Shown: positions 1 through 10,699 of the stretch, piece after piece
Layout: every line of letters starts with the position of its first letter
Position numbering within the stretch: the stretch's first letter is position 1
IMG/VR virus record: IMGVR_UViG_3300005613_000027
Location: 23,112-87,111 of that record
Strand: one strand, 5' to 3'
DNA from: a virus
DNA length: 64,000 nt
The notes under the pieces: model-generated
The model's database searches: none
Seen by the model: the letters and a program-made list of their open reading frames with translations, nothing else
Told to the model about the DNA's origin: nothing
Position numbers and translations under genes: made by a program

Positions 1-29
1 CCTGGAAGCCTTGTAGCTATATATTTTAA

Positions 30-434
30 TTAAGTAACGACGTATGGATTCCAAATTCCGTCACTACTTTGAACATACATATTAAATCTATAAGTACCAG
101 GACCAGTATAACTTGACGCTGAAGTAATCATAGCAGCAGTAATAATGTGTTCAAATTCAACGTCAGCAATAACATATCCTGTGAACATCAAATCACCCGT
201 ATAAACTCCAGTTCCACCCATTTCAATTCTATAATTACCATCTATATTGCTAGTCCATCTTACAACTACCGAATCAAAACCATCTGCAGTATAAACAGTT
301 TCAAGAGACGCATCCTGTACCAATTCAGAGACTATACCAAACAGGAAATTTACATTTTGCCCAGTTGGGGCTACATAACTTCCTTCAAAAGTAAAATTAA
401 CAGCATCGCCCGCTGGCGGTGTATAAATTGTCAT
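30..434 (-). CDS. Hypothetical virion-associated protein
   Basis: 134-aa beta-rich ORF with AAGGAGG RBS, continuing the structural operon. Confidence 0.6.
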   Translation of the reverse strand: MTIYTPPAGDAVNFTFEGSYVAPTGQNVNFLFGIVSELVQDASLETVYTADGFDSVVVRWTSNIDGNYRIEMGGTGVYTGDLMFTGYVIADVEFEHIITAAMITSASSYTGPGTYRFNMYVQSSDGIWNPYVVT

Positions 435-444
435 AATTTCCTCC

Positions 445-2853
445 TTAAGTCCTTATCACATACGTAATATTGTCATCTTGGTACAGGTCCATATGAAATG
501 TTATTCCTGATGTACTAGTTTCAGCGTAATCTCTATCCGCATTAACACCAGCAGATCCTGTGCTAGCAGCTAAAAGTTGACCATTATGGTATACATCCAT
601 ATTTTGACCTTCTTTACCGCCAGCAGACACTGGTGTATAGGTGGCACTACCTGGTAATGGGTGTTCGACTCCAGCAGAAAGATCTGACGACAAAGCTTCT
701 AAATATTTGTCACCAGATGTGCTGGAAATAGCATCATTATTGTCTTTAATAGCTTGATCCAAAGCATCTAGAGAAGAGGTGATTGTTTCTCCATCAGTAA
801 TATAATTATCTTCTGTATAAGTCCTGTTACCAATCTTATCATTAATATTATCTAAAGCCTGCTTCAAATTATCAGTGGACTCAACCATCCAATAATTTCC
901 AGTATTACTCCAACTTGGTCCAACAACATCATCGCCGCCGCCAGTAAAAGCCCACAGGTTAACCATATCATCTACTAATTCCGCATCACCTTCCCAACGA
1001 CTAACGAAATCTGTCCTCATCCATTCCCATTCTTCCACTTCACTTAAAAGCCTTCTGCGTGGAAAAACCATCGTAATGTTTGCAGGATCAGAGGCTGTCC
1101 ATGTATAAGGAGCATCATTCACATAAAATCTTACATATACATCATAATTATCTCCGGTACCACCAAAATCAGCACCATCATAAAATTTAGCATATATAAT
1201 ATTAGAAGTACCTGAAGCAGTAAACTCTGCTCCAGTATCAGTATTGATTAAGTCAATAACACATACGTTATCGGTACCTCCCTCATCATAATAACTACCA
1301 TTATTAGTAGTGCTTGAAAAAATACACAACCCACGTGTATCTGTAGTATTTGCATATCCTACATTAGTATTATATAGAAAACCAGTATCAGTAGTCGAAA
1401 TATCAAAACCAACACCTGAATTAGTGGCCTCTACAGCATTAATAATAGTTTTTGCATCTAAAGTATTACCTGAGAAATTATAAAGAGTACCTTCTTTATC
1501 CGTACCAGTATCAGACGGATCAGTATATGTTTGTAAAGCATCGTACCAATTCCACGTGCCAGTCCCTCCTTTTAAATCATGTAAAATAGTTCTAATTACA
1601 TTCATATCATGCTCTAAAACATCATCAGCACTAGCATCATCAGTAGAACCACTAGGTTCGGCCACTGCCTGTGTAGTAGTTCCAGAAACAGTGTCATCAT
1701 ATGTTGCCGATCTCCTAATTTGTTCATATTGAGTTAACAAACTTCTTTGCAAACTAGGTGGTGTAGCATAACACGTAGTAATTTGATCAGGACTAGTGGC
1801 AAGGCTATCCACTGTCGCTTCATAAGTCGCAACACCAATACTTGTCAAATTAAGCGTAGCAGTAGCATAACCATTAGCATCAGTATTCACCGGATTAGCA
1901 CTAAAATTACCTATATTATCGCCAGCAATTCCAGAAAAAGTTACGGGAGCAGATTCTACACCCTCACCATTAGTATCAGTGACTAAAACTTTCAACGTAA
2001 TAGCGCTTCCGTTATATCCAGCTGTAATAGAGTCATTTGTAAACTCTATTTTATTTAAAGTTGCAAATCCATAGGTAGAAAATTTAGTAACATCGAAGGT
2101 TAACTTCTTTGTGCCTTCAGTCCAAACAAAATTATCTAATCTACCTGCATCCTCAACCGAAAGTTCAGTTTTGGCAGTACCATCATATTGTGTTAAAGAT
2201 GTGTATTCACCATCAACCAACATTGTAATAAACGGTTTAGCAGTTGTTGTAAAAGTTTTTTCAACTGACACAAATCCAGTATCATCATATTCAATGAGTT
2301 TCCAAATCTGACTTCCAGATACCGCAGTTAAAGTATTACCTGTCATCTGGATACCAGTGAAATCCCTATCATGAAATCTGAGCTGCTTAACATTTGCTTT
2401 AGCAAACGTTAAATCTATATCATTAGTAGAATCTCTTAAAGTATTAGTTTCATCATTACCGTCATTAAGGGCAACCCATGACAAAGATTCTTGTTTTGTA
2501 GGCGCTGTCCAACTAAATTTAATACCACTAGCTGTAATGACCCCAGATTCTACTTGACTAGCATCTCTAAATCTAGCATACAAATATTGAATATCACTTT
2601 CGGTAGTATCCAAATCAATACTTACAGTTCCACTAGCCGGTAATACATTCCAAGAAGCAGATCCTTCAGTAGGAAAATCAGCGTAGCCCCATAACTTATA
2701 TTCCGTATAAGTAAGGTCATCGGGGGCAGATAAACCAACATTAACTGCCTCACCATGAGCATACCAATCTGCATCATCAGAGTTTTGCACACTAATAAGG
2801 CCTGAAGCTGGCATTGACGTAGCAATGTCTAAATACATATAATTAGTAGCCAT
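445..2853 (-). CDS. Virion structural protein with Ig-like (Big_1-type) domain; C-terminal half paralogous to 2880..4190
   Basis: T/D/G/S-rich; VTDTNGEGVESAPVTF..NTDANGYATATL Ig-like motif; from RSLLTQYEQIRRSATYDD onward it aligns with the whole neighbouring protein. Confidence 0.7.
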   Translation of the reverse strand: MATNYMYLDIATSMPASGLISVQNSDDADWYAHGEAVNVGLSAPDDLTYTEYKLWGYADFPTEGSASWNVLPASGTVSIDLDTTESDIQYLYARFRDASQVESGVITASGIKFSWTAPTKQESLSWVALNDGNDETNTLRDSTNDIDLTFAKANVKQLRFHDRDFTGIQMTGNTLTAVSGSQIWKLIEYDDTGFVSVEKTFTTTAKPFITMLVDGEYTSLTQYDGTAKTELSVEDAGRLDNFVWTEGTKKLTFDVTKFSTYGFATLNKIEFTNDSITAGYNGSAITLKVLVTDTNGEGVESAPVTFSGIAGDNIGNFSANPVNTDANGYATATLNLTSIGVATYEATVDSLATSPDQITTCYATPPSLQRSLLTQYEQIRRSATYDDTVSGTTTQAVAEPSGSTDDASADDVLEHDMNVIRTILHDLKGGTGTWNWYDALQTYTDPSDTGTDKEGTLYNFSGNTLDAKTIINAVEATNSGVGFDISTTDTGFLYNTNVGYANTTDTRGLCIFSSTTNNGSYYDEGGTDNVCVIDLINTDTGAEFTASGTSNIIYAKFYDGADFGGTGDNYDVYVRFYVNDAPYTWTASDPANITMVFPRRRLLSEVEEWEWMRTDFVSRWEGDAELVDDMVNLWAFTGGGDDVVGPSWSNTGNYWMVESTDNLKQALDNINDKIGNRTYTEDNYITDGETITSSLDALDQAIKDNNDAISSTSGDKYLEALSSDLSAGVEHPLPGSATYTPVSAGGKEGQNMDVYHNGQLLAASTGSAGVNADRDYAETSTSGITFHMDLYQDDNITYVIRT

Positions 2854-2879
2854 AGCTTATATACTCCCCTTATTTTATA

Positions 2880-4190
2880 TTAAGTTCGAACTACGTAAGT
2901 TATATTCCTACCTATCTGAACATTAAATCTAAATGTGATACCAGAAGCAGTAGTTTCTCCGTAATCTCTATCTGCATTAGCTCCATTAGCACCAGTATCC
3001 GCAGCAAGTAATTGACCATCTATATAAACATCCATATTTTTACCTTCTTGGCCTGGGGTAGAATTAGGTGTATAACCACCACCAGCTGTGATAGCAGCAG
3101 GTAGTGTATGTAAAGTATTAACTGTAATCGGAGCAGCAACAGACTCTACATACTTATCTCCAGCAGAAGAGGTAATAGCATCAGCATTGTCTTTAATAGC
3201 TTGATCCAAGGCATCTAGAGAAGTGGTGATTGTTTCTCCATCAGTAAGATAGTTATCTTCCGTATAACTTCTGTCGCCAACACCATCATTTATATCATCT
3301 ATAGCAGTTTTCAAATCACTAGGATCACCATCTAATAGATAATAAGAACCAGTATTGGTCCATGGACCAGCATCGCTGTCACCATCAGAAGCGCCAGTAA
3401 ATGACCATAAGTTAGAAATATCTTCTACAAGCTCAACATCGCCTTCCCAAGAGCTTACGAAGTCAGTTCTTAACCATTCCCATTCTTGCATCTCTGATAA
3501 TATCTTACGTTGAGGATATACAAACTTAACCGCTGTAGGTGCAGGATCTACTGTGCTCAAATCAGTTTCAACATCGTTAGCAAAAAATTTCACATATACG
3601 TCAGTTCCATCACCGGAACCAGCGTAATCAGCACCATCATAAAATTTAGCATATATAATGTTTCCACTACCATCTTGCATTTCAGCATCTTGAGTTACAT
3701 CAAGAACATCGATACGGCATACGTTATCATTCCCACCTTCATCATAGTAAGTACCACTATTTGTGACACTTAAGAAAATAGGTAAACCACGCGTATCCGT
3801 AGTATCCGCATAACCAGTAGTAATAGTTCTCAATAAACCTGTGCTAGTACCAGAAACAGTATAACCCGCTCCAGCAACACCGTCATCAGTAACGGCTAAT
3901 ATAATAGTATTAGCATCAAGTGTGTTTCCAGAAAAATTATAAAGTGTAGCAGATTTATCAGCCACAGTATTAGATGGATCGGTATATGTCTCTAAAGCAT
4001 CATACCAATTCCAAGAACCACTACCACCCTTTAAATCATGAATAAGGGTTCTGATTACATTCATATCCTCTTCAAGAGAACCAGACACTGTAGGCTCAGC
4101 GACAGCAGACGTGTTAACACCAGCAACAGCGTCATCGTAAGTTGCTGAACGTCTAATCTGTTCTAATTGTCTTAGTAAACTTCTAGCCAT
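2880..4190 (-). CDS. Virion structural protein (paralog of the 445..2853 C-terminal half)
   Basis: AGGAGGAG RBS; shared blocks such as EWEWxRTDFVS, GxNMDVY and NITYVxRT. Confidence 0.7.
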   Translation of the reverse strand: MARSLLRQLEQIRRSATYDDAVAGVNTSAVAEPTVSGSLEEDMNVIRTLIHDLKGGSGSWNWYDALETYTDPSNTVADKSATLYNFSGNTLDANTIILAVTDDGVAGAGYTVSGTSTGLLRTITTGYADTTDTRGLPIFLSVTNSGTYYDEGGNDNVCRIDVLDVTQDAEMQDGSGNIIYAKFYDGADYAGSGDGTDVYVKFFANDVETDLSTVDPAPTAVKFVYPQRKILSEMQEWEWLRTDFVSSWEGDVELVEDISNLWSFTGASDGDSDAGPWTNTGSYYLLDGDPSDLKTAIDDINDGVGDRSYTEDNYLTDGETITTSLDALDQAIKDNADAITSSAGDKYVESVAAPITVNTLHTLPAAITAGGGYTPNSTPGQEGKNMDVYIDGQLLAADTGANGANADRDYGETTASGITFRFNVQIGRNITYVVRT

Positions 4191-4259
4191 AACAAGTCTC
4201 CTCCTAAATTGTTTTTTAGAAAATTAACTTTCGTAAATCATAGGAGGCACATTCAAAGT

Positions 4260-4739
4260 TTACCTCCTTTGTGTTTCCAATTCCATAATTCTTTTTTTTA
4301 GAATACGACAAAGGCTGTCTTTACCAGATCTAGGTGTAGCTTCTGACAAGGAATACTTCAAAAGCTTAACATCTACAACATCTGGTATAACCTCTCTCGC
4401 TTGTCTAACAGATAAATTAACAACTTCCTCTATACCCATATTCTTGGGATTTATCTTTGTTATATCTATTCGCCTTTCCTCAATTTGTGCAGGTGTTTCT
4501 TCCTGTACTTCTATAGCTTCCGCTTTTTCAGCTTCCTCGGCCATTACAATATGCCAATTATCGTTGCCTCGCAACTTAACATTTTTCAACCACTCTATAA
4601 ATTCTTGCCCCTTTTCCAACTCATGTTTCGGGCCATATTGGTCGTACAATTCATCAAGTGGGATCTTTTGGCCGGGGCTAACGGCTCTCTTCATAGCATG
4701 AAGCCACATAGACCCTTTATTAATAAGATGTCCATTCAT
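4260..4739 (-). CDS. Hypothetical phage protein downstream of the capsid gene
   Basis: 159-aa ORF with AGGAG RBS. Confidence 0.6.
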   Translation of the reverse strand: MNGHLINKGSMWLHAMKRAVSPGQKIPLDELYDQYGPKHELEKGQEFIEWLKNVKLRGNDNWHIVMAEEAEKAEAIEVQEETPAQIEERRIDITKINPKNMGIEEVVNLSVRQAREVIPDVVDVKLLKYSLSEATPRSGKDSLCRILKKRIMELETQRR

Positions 4740-4778
4740 TTATCTTCTCCTTTTCTTTACTATTTCAATCCCCTTGTC

Positions 4779-5114
4779 CTAAAGTGCATTCCTATCAAGT
4801 CTATCAATTAAATAATGCAGTATATTAGATAATCTGTGTAAAACAATGCCTGCAAAAAAAACATTAAGCATTACATTATTTATAACTAACATACAAATAG
4901 CTATAAACCACCCTATCCACACCGAAGTACAATAACCGCAGTCAAGTAAATCATGTATGTATTTACAAAATCTGCTCTTCGTTCCCTTTACGAAAAAAAA
5001 CTTCCTAATTGGTCTAAATAATTTAGATTTGGTTATAATCTGTGTTATTGCTTCGGTAAGTATAACTGCAAACAAGATAAGGCCAATAACTATCAATACT
5101 CTCAACATTTTCAC
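4779..5114 (-). CDS. Membrane protein, DUF1360-like
   Basis: Hydrophobic helices and LLDCGYCTSVW motif. Confidence 0.55.
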   Translation of the reverse strand: MKMLRVLIVIGLILFAVILTEAITQIITKSKLFRPIRKFFFVKGTKSRFCKYIHDLLDCGYCTSVWIGWFIAICMLVINNVMLNVFFAGIVLHRLSNILHYLIDRLDRNAL

Positions 5115-5127
5115 ACCATAAAAGTCT

Positions 5128-5165
5128 CATCTCACATTACCACACAACAGCAGTAATGTGAGATG
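5128..5165 (-). terminator. 13-bp hairpin just after the major capsid gene (terminator or stability stem)
   Basis: CATCTCACATTAC...GTAATGTGAGATG perfect inverted repeat. Confidence 0.55.
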
Positions 5166-5173
5166 TTTATATT

Positions 5174-7424
5174 TTACAGACTTCTGTCAATAACTCCCAT
5201 TCCCAGCATTCTACTGTCTAAACAAGCAAAGCCTATCTCAGCCCAACCAAAGAAACCTTGTTTCTGCATTCTCAACAGAGTTGGATCATCATGAGCTTCA
5301 TAGTCCTTACGGATAGGCATTACAAGAGAATCATTAACACTAAGATCAAATCCCAGAATCTGAGTTTCACCTAATGTGCTGACTGTACCGTCAGCAGCAG
5401 TTACATTAGGATTATCAAGAGTATAATTATTATAGGTATCTACACCATCTGCTAAGAACTTACCATAACTAGATGTACTACCGTTAATGTTGTACATACC
5501 AGTAGCACCTAAATGCTGTATTTCATGGAGTCTAACATTCCAGATGCTTCCCATACCCGCTGCTTGAAAAATCTCACGTCTAGTTACAGGATCAATATCT
5601 GTATCTGTCCACTCACGAATATCTGCAGCATCTTCTGGAGATACATACAGATCGCCGAGTGTTCTACCAGTTCTCTTGAACCCAACAATCATTTTGTTAA
5701 TAAGTTCTTTAGATAGATAACCGGCTCCAGTGGAAGCAGGATTAATCTCGTAAATTGGGGCGGGCCTTGACCCTAAAAGACCTTTACCTGAAAATGCTGA
5801 AGTTGCCGCAGGCATAATAACCCGCCAACCACACTCTTCTTCATAATTAGCGAGATCTTTGGCAGCCCTTGCCGCAGCTCTCTGTGGAATATCCACACGA
5901 GAATCTCTTGCATAAGTAATTTTCCAATCCGCAGATGCATCAATCGTGAATGTCGGAACATATACTTCTTCTCCGATACCCTCGATGAAATTCTGAGCTA
6001 CATAACTCAGCCCAGGTAATACCCAAACCGGAATTTCAAAATCTTCTGCGATAGGGTAAACCGCTTGTGCCATTCTGTTACTTGTATGACCTGTAAAATT
6101 ATTACAGGCGGGGGTTTGCGAAAACCCCTCTCACAGATTTCCTGTGAGTTCAGACTATGTCTTAATCTTCGTTAGAAGATTCCTCTCGTTTAGTCGTTGA
6201 GGTGTCTTTAACATTGTATTTAACTTTTTCTTTTTTCATAAGTTCGTATAATTCAATAGATTCTTCAGAATATGGTCTTGTGTTTTTACCAATACGCGAT
6301 TTACAAAAAGAGTGTAACAATTCACATTCAAATGTTTTACCTCTCACTTTATTCTTTAAAAACTCAACTAGTTTATAACACGCGTCCAAATTTTCAATCT
6401 CAATCTCATTAATAACAAAACGCCTGTTTCTACCGTGCTTTCTGCCTTTTGGTCGTTCTCTAATGCTATATTTAATATTATACATTTTTAATGTTTCAAC
6501 AACATTATTCAGTATGCATTTATTAGTAGTAGTAAATGATATATACGGTTTGTATCTAAAATTACCATTTCTACGCTTTATTCTTTTTATAGCAAAACAA
6601 CCATCACCATCGGCTAAACCAGCAAGCCAGTATAAAGAATTATTTCTAAATCCGTAGTCTATTAAATTACATTGAACATTGAAGTTATTTACGATACTAG
6701 TAAATCTTAAAGAATAAGCGTCATAACTGCTTTTTTTACCTTCATTAATTATTTTATCAAGTCTGTATCTACAAAACTCAGAAAGTGTTATAAGTTGGTT
6801 TCTTTTACCAACTAAACTATTAAGAATTATGTCAGCCAAACTAATTACTTTACCCAATCTTCTAACAGAAATCTGGGTAGATAATTTTCTAAAGTTTCTA
6901 CTACCACCCTCTATTCGTGTTCTATCACTAACATAAATATGATGATTTATATTGAACTCACTCAACACTATATGTGTATGTGTTACTATATCATCATTGG
7001 CGCTATATATAGTTACTTTAGGTTGTAAGGACACATTTCTTTTAGTCTTATTTTTGCTCAAATTAATACTACCATCTGAATCTATAAGACCCGATAACCA
7101 ATCAATGTCTTCAATGTTAAAGTTCCCTGCGTAATTGCCCATTGTAATCCTCCTTATTTTTACCATATTAGTAAAGTAGGCTTTAGGGGTTCTTAGCAAA
7201 TAGAAAGGTTCTCATATAAATATCACTATTTATACGGGGCACAAAATTTTACCCGGACCAAGCCGTTCCACCGCGAAAAGTTTTCGCATAATCGATTCCA
7301 ATTCAAGTTTCTGCAGGATCGGAGTTGTCAATGCAGCTGCAAAAGCTCTATAAGCTGCAAGCCCTTCAGGTGTCTGAATTTCAGCAGTTGCCCTGAAAAG
7401 CTCCATCATTTCTTGTCTATCCAT
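5174..7424 (-). CDS. Major capsid protein, spliced: exon 1 7424..7251 plus exon 2 6070..5174 (356 aa)
   Basis: Follows portal, protease, scaffold and decoration genes; removing the intron gives in-frame ...AVERLGPG|AQAVYPIAEDF...; ends GFFGWAEIGFACLD, like other HK97-fold capsid proteins. Confidence 0.85.
6071..7250 (-). mobile_element. Group I self-splicing intron (1180 nt) in the major capsid gene
   Basis: 5' exon ends in U (GGGT|) and pairs with TGCCC (P1); TTGTGC pairs with 3' exon GCACAA (P10); core motifs GGCAATTACGCAGGG, CTCAACGACT and AAGACATAGTCTG; terminal G at 6071. Confidence 0.9.
6162..7142 (-). CDS. Intron-encoded double-motif LAGLIDADG homing endonuclease
   Basis: WLSGLIDSDGS and WLAGLADGDGC motifs; AAGGAGG RBS precedes the ATG at 7142 (ORF track starts at 7199). 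Confidence 0.9.
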   Translation of the reverse strand: MGNYAGNFNIEDIDWLSGLIDSDGSINLSKNKTKRNVSLQPKVTIYSANDDIVTHTHIVLSEFNINHHIYVSDRTRIEGGSRNFRKLSTQISVRRLGKVISLADIILNSLVGKRNQLITLSEFCRYRLDKIINEGKKSSYDAYSLRFTSIVNNFNVQCNLIDYGFRNNSLYWLAGLADGDGCFAIKRIKRRNGNFRYKPYISFTTTNKCILNNVVETLKMYNIKYSIRERPKGRKHGRNRRFVINEIEIENLDACYKLVEFLKNKVRGKTFECELLHSFCKSRIGKNTRPYSEESIELYELMKKEKVKYNVKDTSTTKREESSNED

Positions 7425-7483
7425 AATAACAACTCCTCCTATATTATTAGTTTCGGAAGCACTATTCGTGCTTTAATCCGTAT

Positions 7484-8146
7484 TTATATCAAAAGTTTAA
7501 TTCTAATTGGATAAAGTGTAGTATTATTCACATTGGCACTACATTTAGCAGCACTAACGCCTTTAACAGCACGTGCTACAGCTGTAGGGGTAACATTAGG
7601 TAAATATTGACCATCAACAGTATCATCACCAGCAGGACTTCCGCTGTTGGTAATCATAGAATCCATAGTGGCAGCAACACGAAAGTTGTCGCCAGGATTA
7701 ATGGCTGCACAAACTGCTGTACCACCTGATTTACTGCCAGTAAATTCACTGGTATAATGTACAGTGTCCCAAATACCTAAGTGAGCAACACCGAGAGGTG
7801 CTTCTTTAGTACCATTAATACTACCAGCACTATACGAAGGCTGAGCAATAACATCGCTTGAACCCAGGTCGCCGGGCATCATGAATCCAGCCGGGTGTAC
7901 CTGGTGGTATCCCGACTTAACTTTTTGCATAGAAAACCCAAAAGCAATTCTTTCTTCTGCATCAGTTGGTTCATTAGTATGAGAACCATACGCCTTCACG
8001 ATTGCCTCTTGATTAGTAGCACTATTATCCAAATACAACACTGCACCAGCATAACACAGTACTCCGCCAACACCAGTAGCGTCAGCAGTCTGAGCCGCAT
8101 AACTGCAGAATTGATTTTCTACAACAGGATGTCTAGGTATAAACAT
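7484..8146 (-). CDS. Probable head decoration / minor capsid protein
   Basis: Lies between scaffold and major capsid gene; G/A/T-rich. Confidence 0.55.
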   Translation of the reverse strand: MFIPRHPVVENQFCSYAAQTADATGVGGVLCYAGAVLYLDNSATNQEAIVKAYGSHTNEPTDAEERIAFGFSMQKVKSGYHQVHPAGFMMPGDLGSSDVIAQPSYSAGSINGTKEAPLGVAHLGIWDTVHYTSEFTGSKSGGTAVCAAINPGDNFRVAATMDSMITNSGSPAGDDTVDGQYLPNVTPTAVARAVKGVSAAKCSANVNNTTLYPIRIKLLI

Positions 8147-8160
8147 ATCCTCTCTCCTCC

Positions 8161-8901
8161 TTAATTACTCTTTTCTTCTTGATTAGTCATTAAACTCGCC
8201 ATTGCTTTACCCATTTCATTATATTTCGCAACCAGGTCCTTATCAGGGAAAATTTCCATGTTAAGTGCTGCCTGGATAGCCTGGCCTGGGTCTATGTTAG
8301 CAGGCGGGGTGTCAGAGCCATCTTCTTCTGCATCTTCAGCTTCAGCATCTTCAGCTTCAGCAGCAGCGGCATCTTCTTGTTCTTGTTTCTCTCTCGCAGC
8401 CTTTTCTTCATCAGTTTCACCATCTTTGGCTTTTGAAAGTTCCGCAATCACAGCTTCCCTAATTGACACCAACTCATCTTTATAAGACGCAAATTCATCA
8501 TCAGACATCTCTCTGACTTTAGTAGATTGGGCTTCTTTATCAGACACAATACCAGCTTCTTCAAGCTCACGCATTCTGAGTTCAGCAGCTCTATCTTTCT
8601 TAATTTCTTCCAAAGCTTTCTCCGACTCTTCCAACTTTTGGTTAGCTTCTTCAATCTTTTCTTGAGCCGCCTCAAGCTCAGTCTGTAGATTGTTAGCCTT
8701 GTCTTCAGATTCAGTAAGCTTCTCTTCGAAATCTTCAACTTCACTGTTCTTTGCTTCAAGAGCAGATGTTAATTCTTCAATTGTAGTAGCTGATCTGCTT
8801 AAAGCATCTTCAGTTTGTCTCCGAATTTCGACTTCTTCTTTCTCAGAAAATATTTTAGCCACTACAGCTTCAACATCTTTCCTTAATTTGTCATCCATCA
8901 A
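8161..8901 (-). CDS. Probable capsid scaffolding protein
   Basis: Acidic coiled-coil protein between the protease-like gene and the capsid gene. Confidence 0.65.
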   Translation of the reverse strand: MMDDKLRKDVEAVVAKIFSEKEEVEIRRQTEDALSRSATTIEELTSALEAKNSEVEDFEEKLTESEDKANNLQTELEAAQEKIEEANQKLEESEKALEEIKKDRAAELRMRELEEAGIVSDKEAQSTKVREMSDDEFASYKDELVSIREAVIAELSKAKDGETDEEKAAREKQEQEDAAAAEAEDAEAEDAEEDGSDTPPANIDPGQAIQAALNMEIFPDKDLVAKYNEMGKAMASLMTNQEEKSN

Positions 8902-9028
8902 AAATACCTCCTATATGTTCTTTTCCATATAAAGAAATATTACCAACCTGAGTACTCTTATTAAGTACTTTTTTATTTAATTCCTTTTCCTGAAACTTAA
9001 TTACTTGTTAAATCTTATTTGTTAAATC

Positions 9029-9466
9029 TTAAGGATAATTTGCTCTTATATTACTTGAGCTCCAAGTACTACAATAAATACCTTCAATAACTGGATCAGA
9101 TGCGCCCAACATGAATTTCACATCAACGCGTGATGAACCATCGTTAGCACCAGCATTAGCTACTGTAAGTGAAATTACATTAGTAGTAGTATTCTTACTA
9201 ACGTAAAAACTACCAGCGTTATACGCAGGAGTTACTTGAACATTAGCATACGTAGCTAAATCCATTCCATGGAATTTAACACCACTTACTAATGTCATAG
9301 CTGTAACACCAGATGCTACTGTAAATTCTTGGCCCCAAACAAAAGGATGGGCATGGTTGTTACCCATGTTTCTCCAGATAACCTTAAGATTATCGTCGCC
9401 ATTAATCCTAGTAAGTTTTGGGGTACTTCTTAAAAACCCTACTTGTGCTTGCCCTAATTGTGGCAT
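9029..9466 (-). CDS. Hypothetical head-associated protein
   Basis: Beta-rich 145-aa ORF in the head module with GGAGG RBS. Confidence 0.5.
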   Translation of the reverse strand: MPQLGQAQVGFLRSTPKLTRINGDDNLKVIWRNMGNNHAHPFVWGQEFTVASGVTAMTLVSGVKFHGMDLATYANVQVTPAYNAGSFYVSKNTTTNVISLTVANAGANDGSSRVDVKFMLGASDPVIEGIYCSTWSSSNIRANYP

Positions 9467-9520
9467 AATTAATTCCTCCTTTTACGATTATTATTTTCAC
9501 TGGCTCGTGTCAACCAGCTG

Positions 9521-10627
9521 TTAAAGCAACTTTTTTAATCTGTCTAACTTCTCTCTCCGTCTATCAGTACTAGCTCTTTGTTTCATATAATCCTGTGCAC
9601 ATTCCGCAGCAGCCACACTAATTTGATTTCTTAGGCATTTCGGATCAGTGGTATCCCTAGAAAAAGAGGTACAGCTTTTTTCATACAACGTACACCAGTC
9701 TGTATGTATGACCTTACTCGATTCATCTTTAAATGTATTATCATACACTTCTTTTTTATAATTGACACAAATACCTACTGTATCATTATATTGTAACTCA
9801 CTCTCTTCAGAATTAAGTGTATCTGTATTATCAGAGGTTACATTAATATCAGCCATTTCTTCATTCTCCTCTTCTAATTTGTCGTAATCCAAAATAATTA
9901 CATCATCTGTGTCAACCTTATTATCTTTTTCATTGGCTGTCTCCAAAACAATTGATGGTGGATTGGCTGGCTTCTTGACAAAACCACAACCAGAAAATGT
10001 AATGTCCCTTAAAACCCTGTCTATTTTACCAGTAGCAATTTCTTTAGTATTTTTAAGGACCTTAGCAATCTTTCCATATACAGAATTATCATCATGTGCT
10101 AATCCTAAAGCTTCTGCTTCCGGCTTGCTCAAAATCAATTCACCTATTTTTACATCATAATTTCTAAAATAAGCTTCCATACTTACAGACCATTTTCCTG
10201 CTGCAACCTCTCTAGCTAAATCTGGAAATCTATTTTTATACACAATACCAGCAATAGCTATATGAACTTCTTGCGCATCCAAACTTCCCATTTCCATAGA
10301 CGCAAGATCTTCAAGTTTCACTCTATTACTATCCTTATCCGTAAATACACGATCATAAATATGTCCAACTATTTCATCTTCACTGTGTTCCAAATCCATA
10401 GCCTTATTAACAATCGTTCCCTCTGCCTTCACCAACTCTGACGGAAGAAAATAAGCATGATTTAAGTTGGCCCCAGAAGAAACAAATATAGCAGAAAAAT
10501 ACTGTAGATCTATCTGTTTTTCTCCTTCTTTTGGCAACGCTATAACAGAAGCCGCTTCTTTAAGCTCTACTGTTTCATCATGCAATTCTATTTTGGCTCT
10601 TAAGTATACAGGTTTATATTTCTCCAC
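9521..10627 (-). CDS. Probable prohead maturation protease
   Basis: Follows portal; MDLEH..IVGHI, WSVSMEAYF and FSGCGFVKKPA motifs resemble herpes/HK97-like assemblin folds of large phages. Confidence 0.65.
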   Translation of the reverse strand: MEKYKPVYLRAKIELHDETVELKEAASVIALPKEGEKQIDLQYFSAIFVSSGANLNHAYFLPSELVKAEGTIVNKAMDLEHSEDEIVGHIYDRVFTDKDSNRVKLEDLASMEMGSLDAQEVHIAIAGIVYKNRFPDLAREVAAGKWSVSMEAYFRNYDVKIGELILSKPEAEALGLAHDDNSVYGKIAKVLKNTKEIATGKIDRVLRDITFSGCGFVKKPANPPSIVLETANEKDNKVDTDDVIILDYDKLEEENEEMADINVTSDNTDTLNSEESELQYNDTVGICVNYKKEVYDNTFKDESSKVIHTDWCTLYEKSCTSFSRDTTDPKCLRNQISVAAAECAQDYMKQRASTDRRREKLDRLKKLL

Positions 10628-10642
10628 GTCAAATCCTCCTTA

Positions 10643-10699
10643 TTAAGTCCTTTTTTTTCTTTCTTTGCCTCTACGATAACTTTGTTTACGTCTTGCCAT
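10643..10699 (-). CDS. 18-aa highly basic peptide MARRKQSYRRGKERKKRT (not in ORF track)
   Basis: AAGGAGG RBS upstream of the ATG; fills the portal-protease gap. Confidence 0.5.
   Translation of the reverse strand: MARRKQSYRRGKERKKRT

Noticed and set aside
7230-7424. Stand-alone 64-aa gene, and a capsid gene starting at 6073
   Set aside because: Both are exons of one intron-split gene; the ATG at 6073 includes the intron's terminal G.
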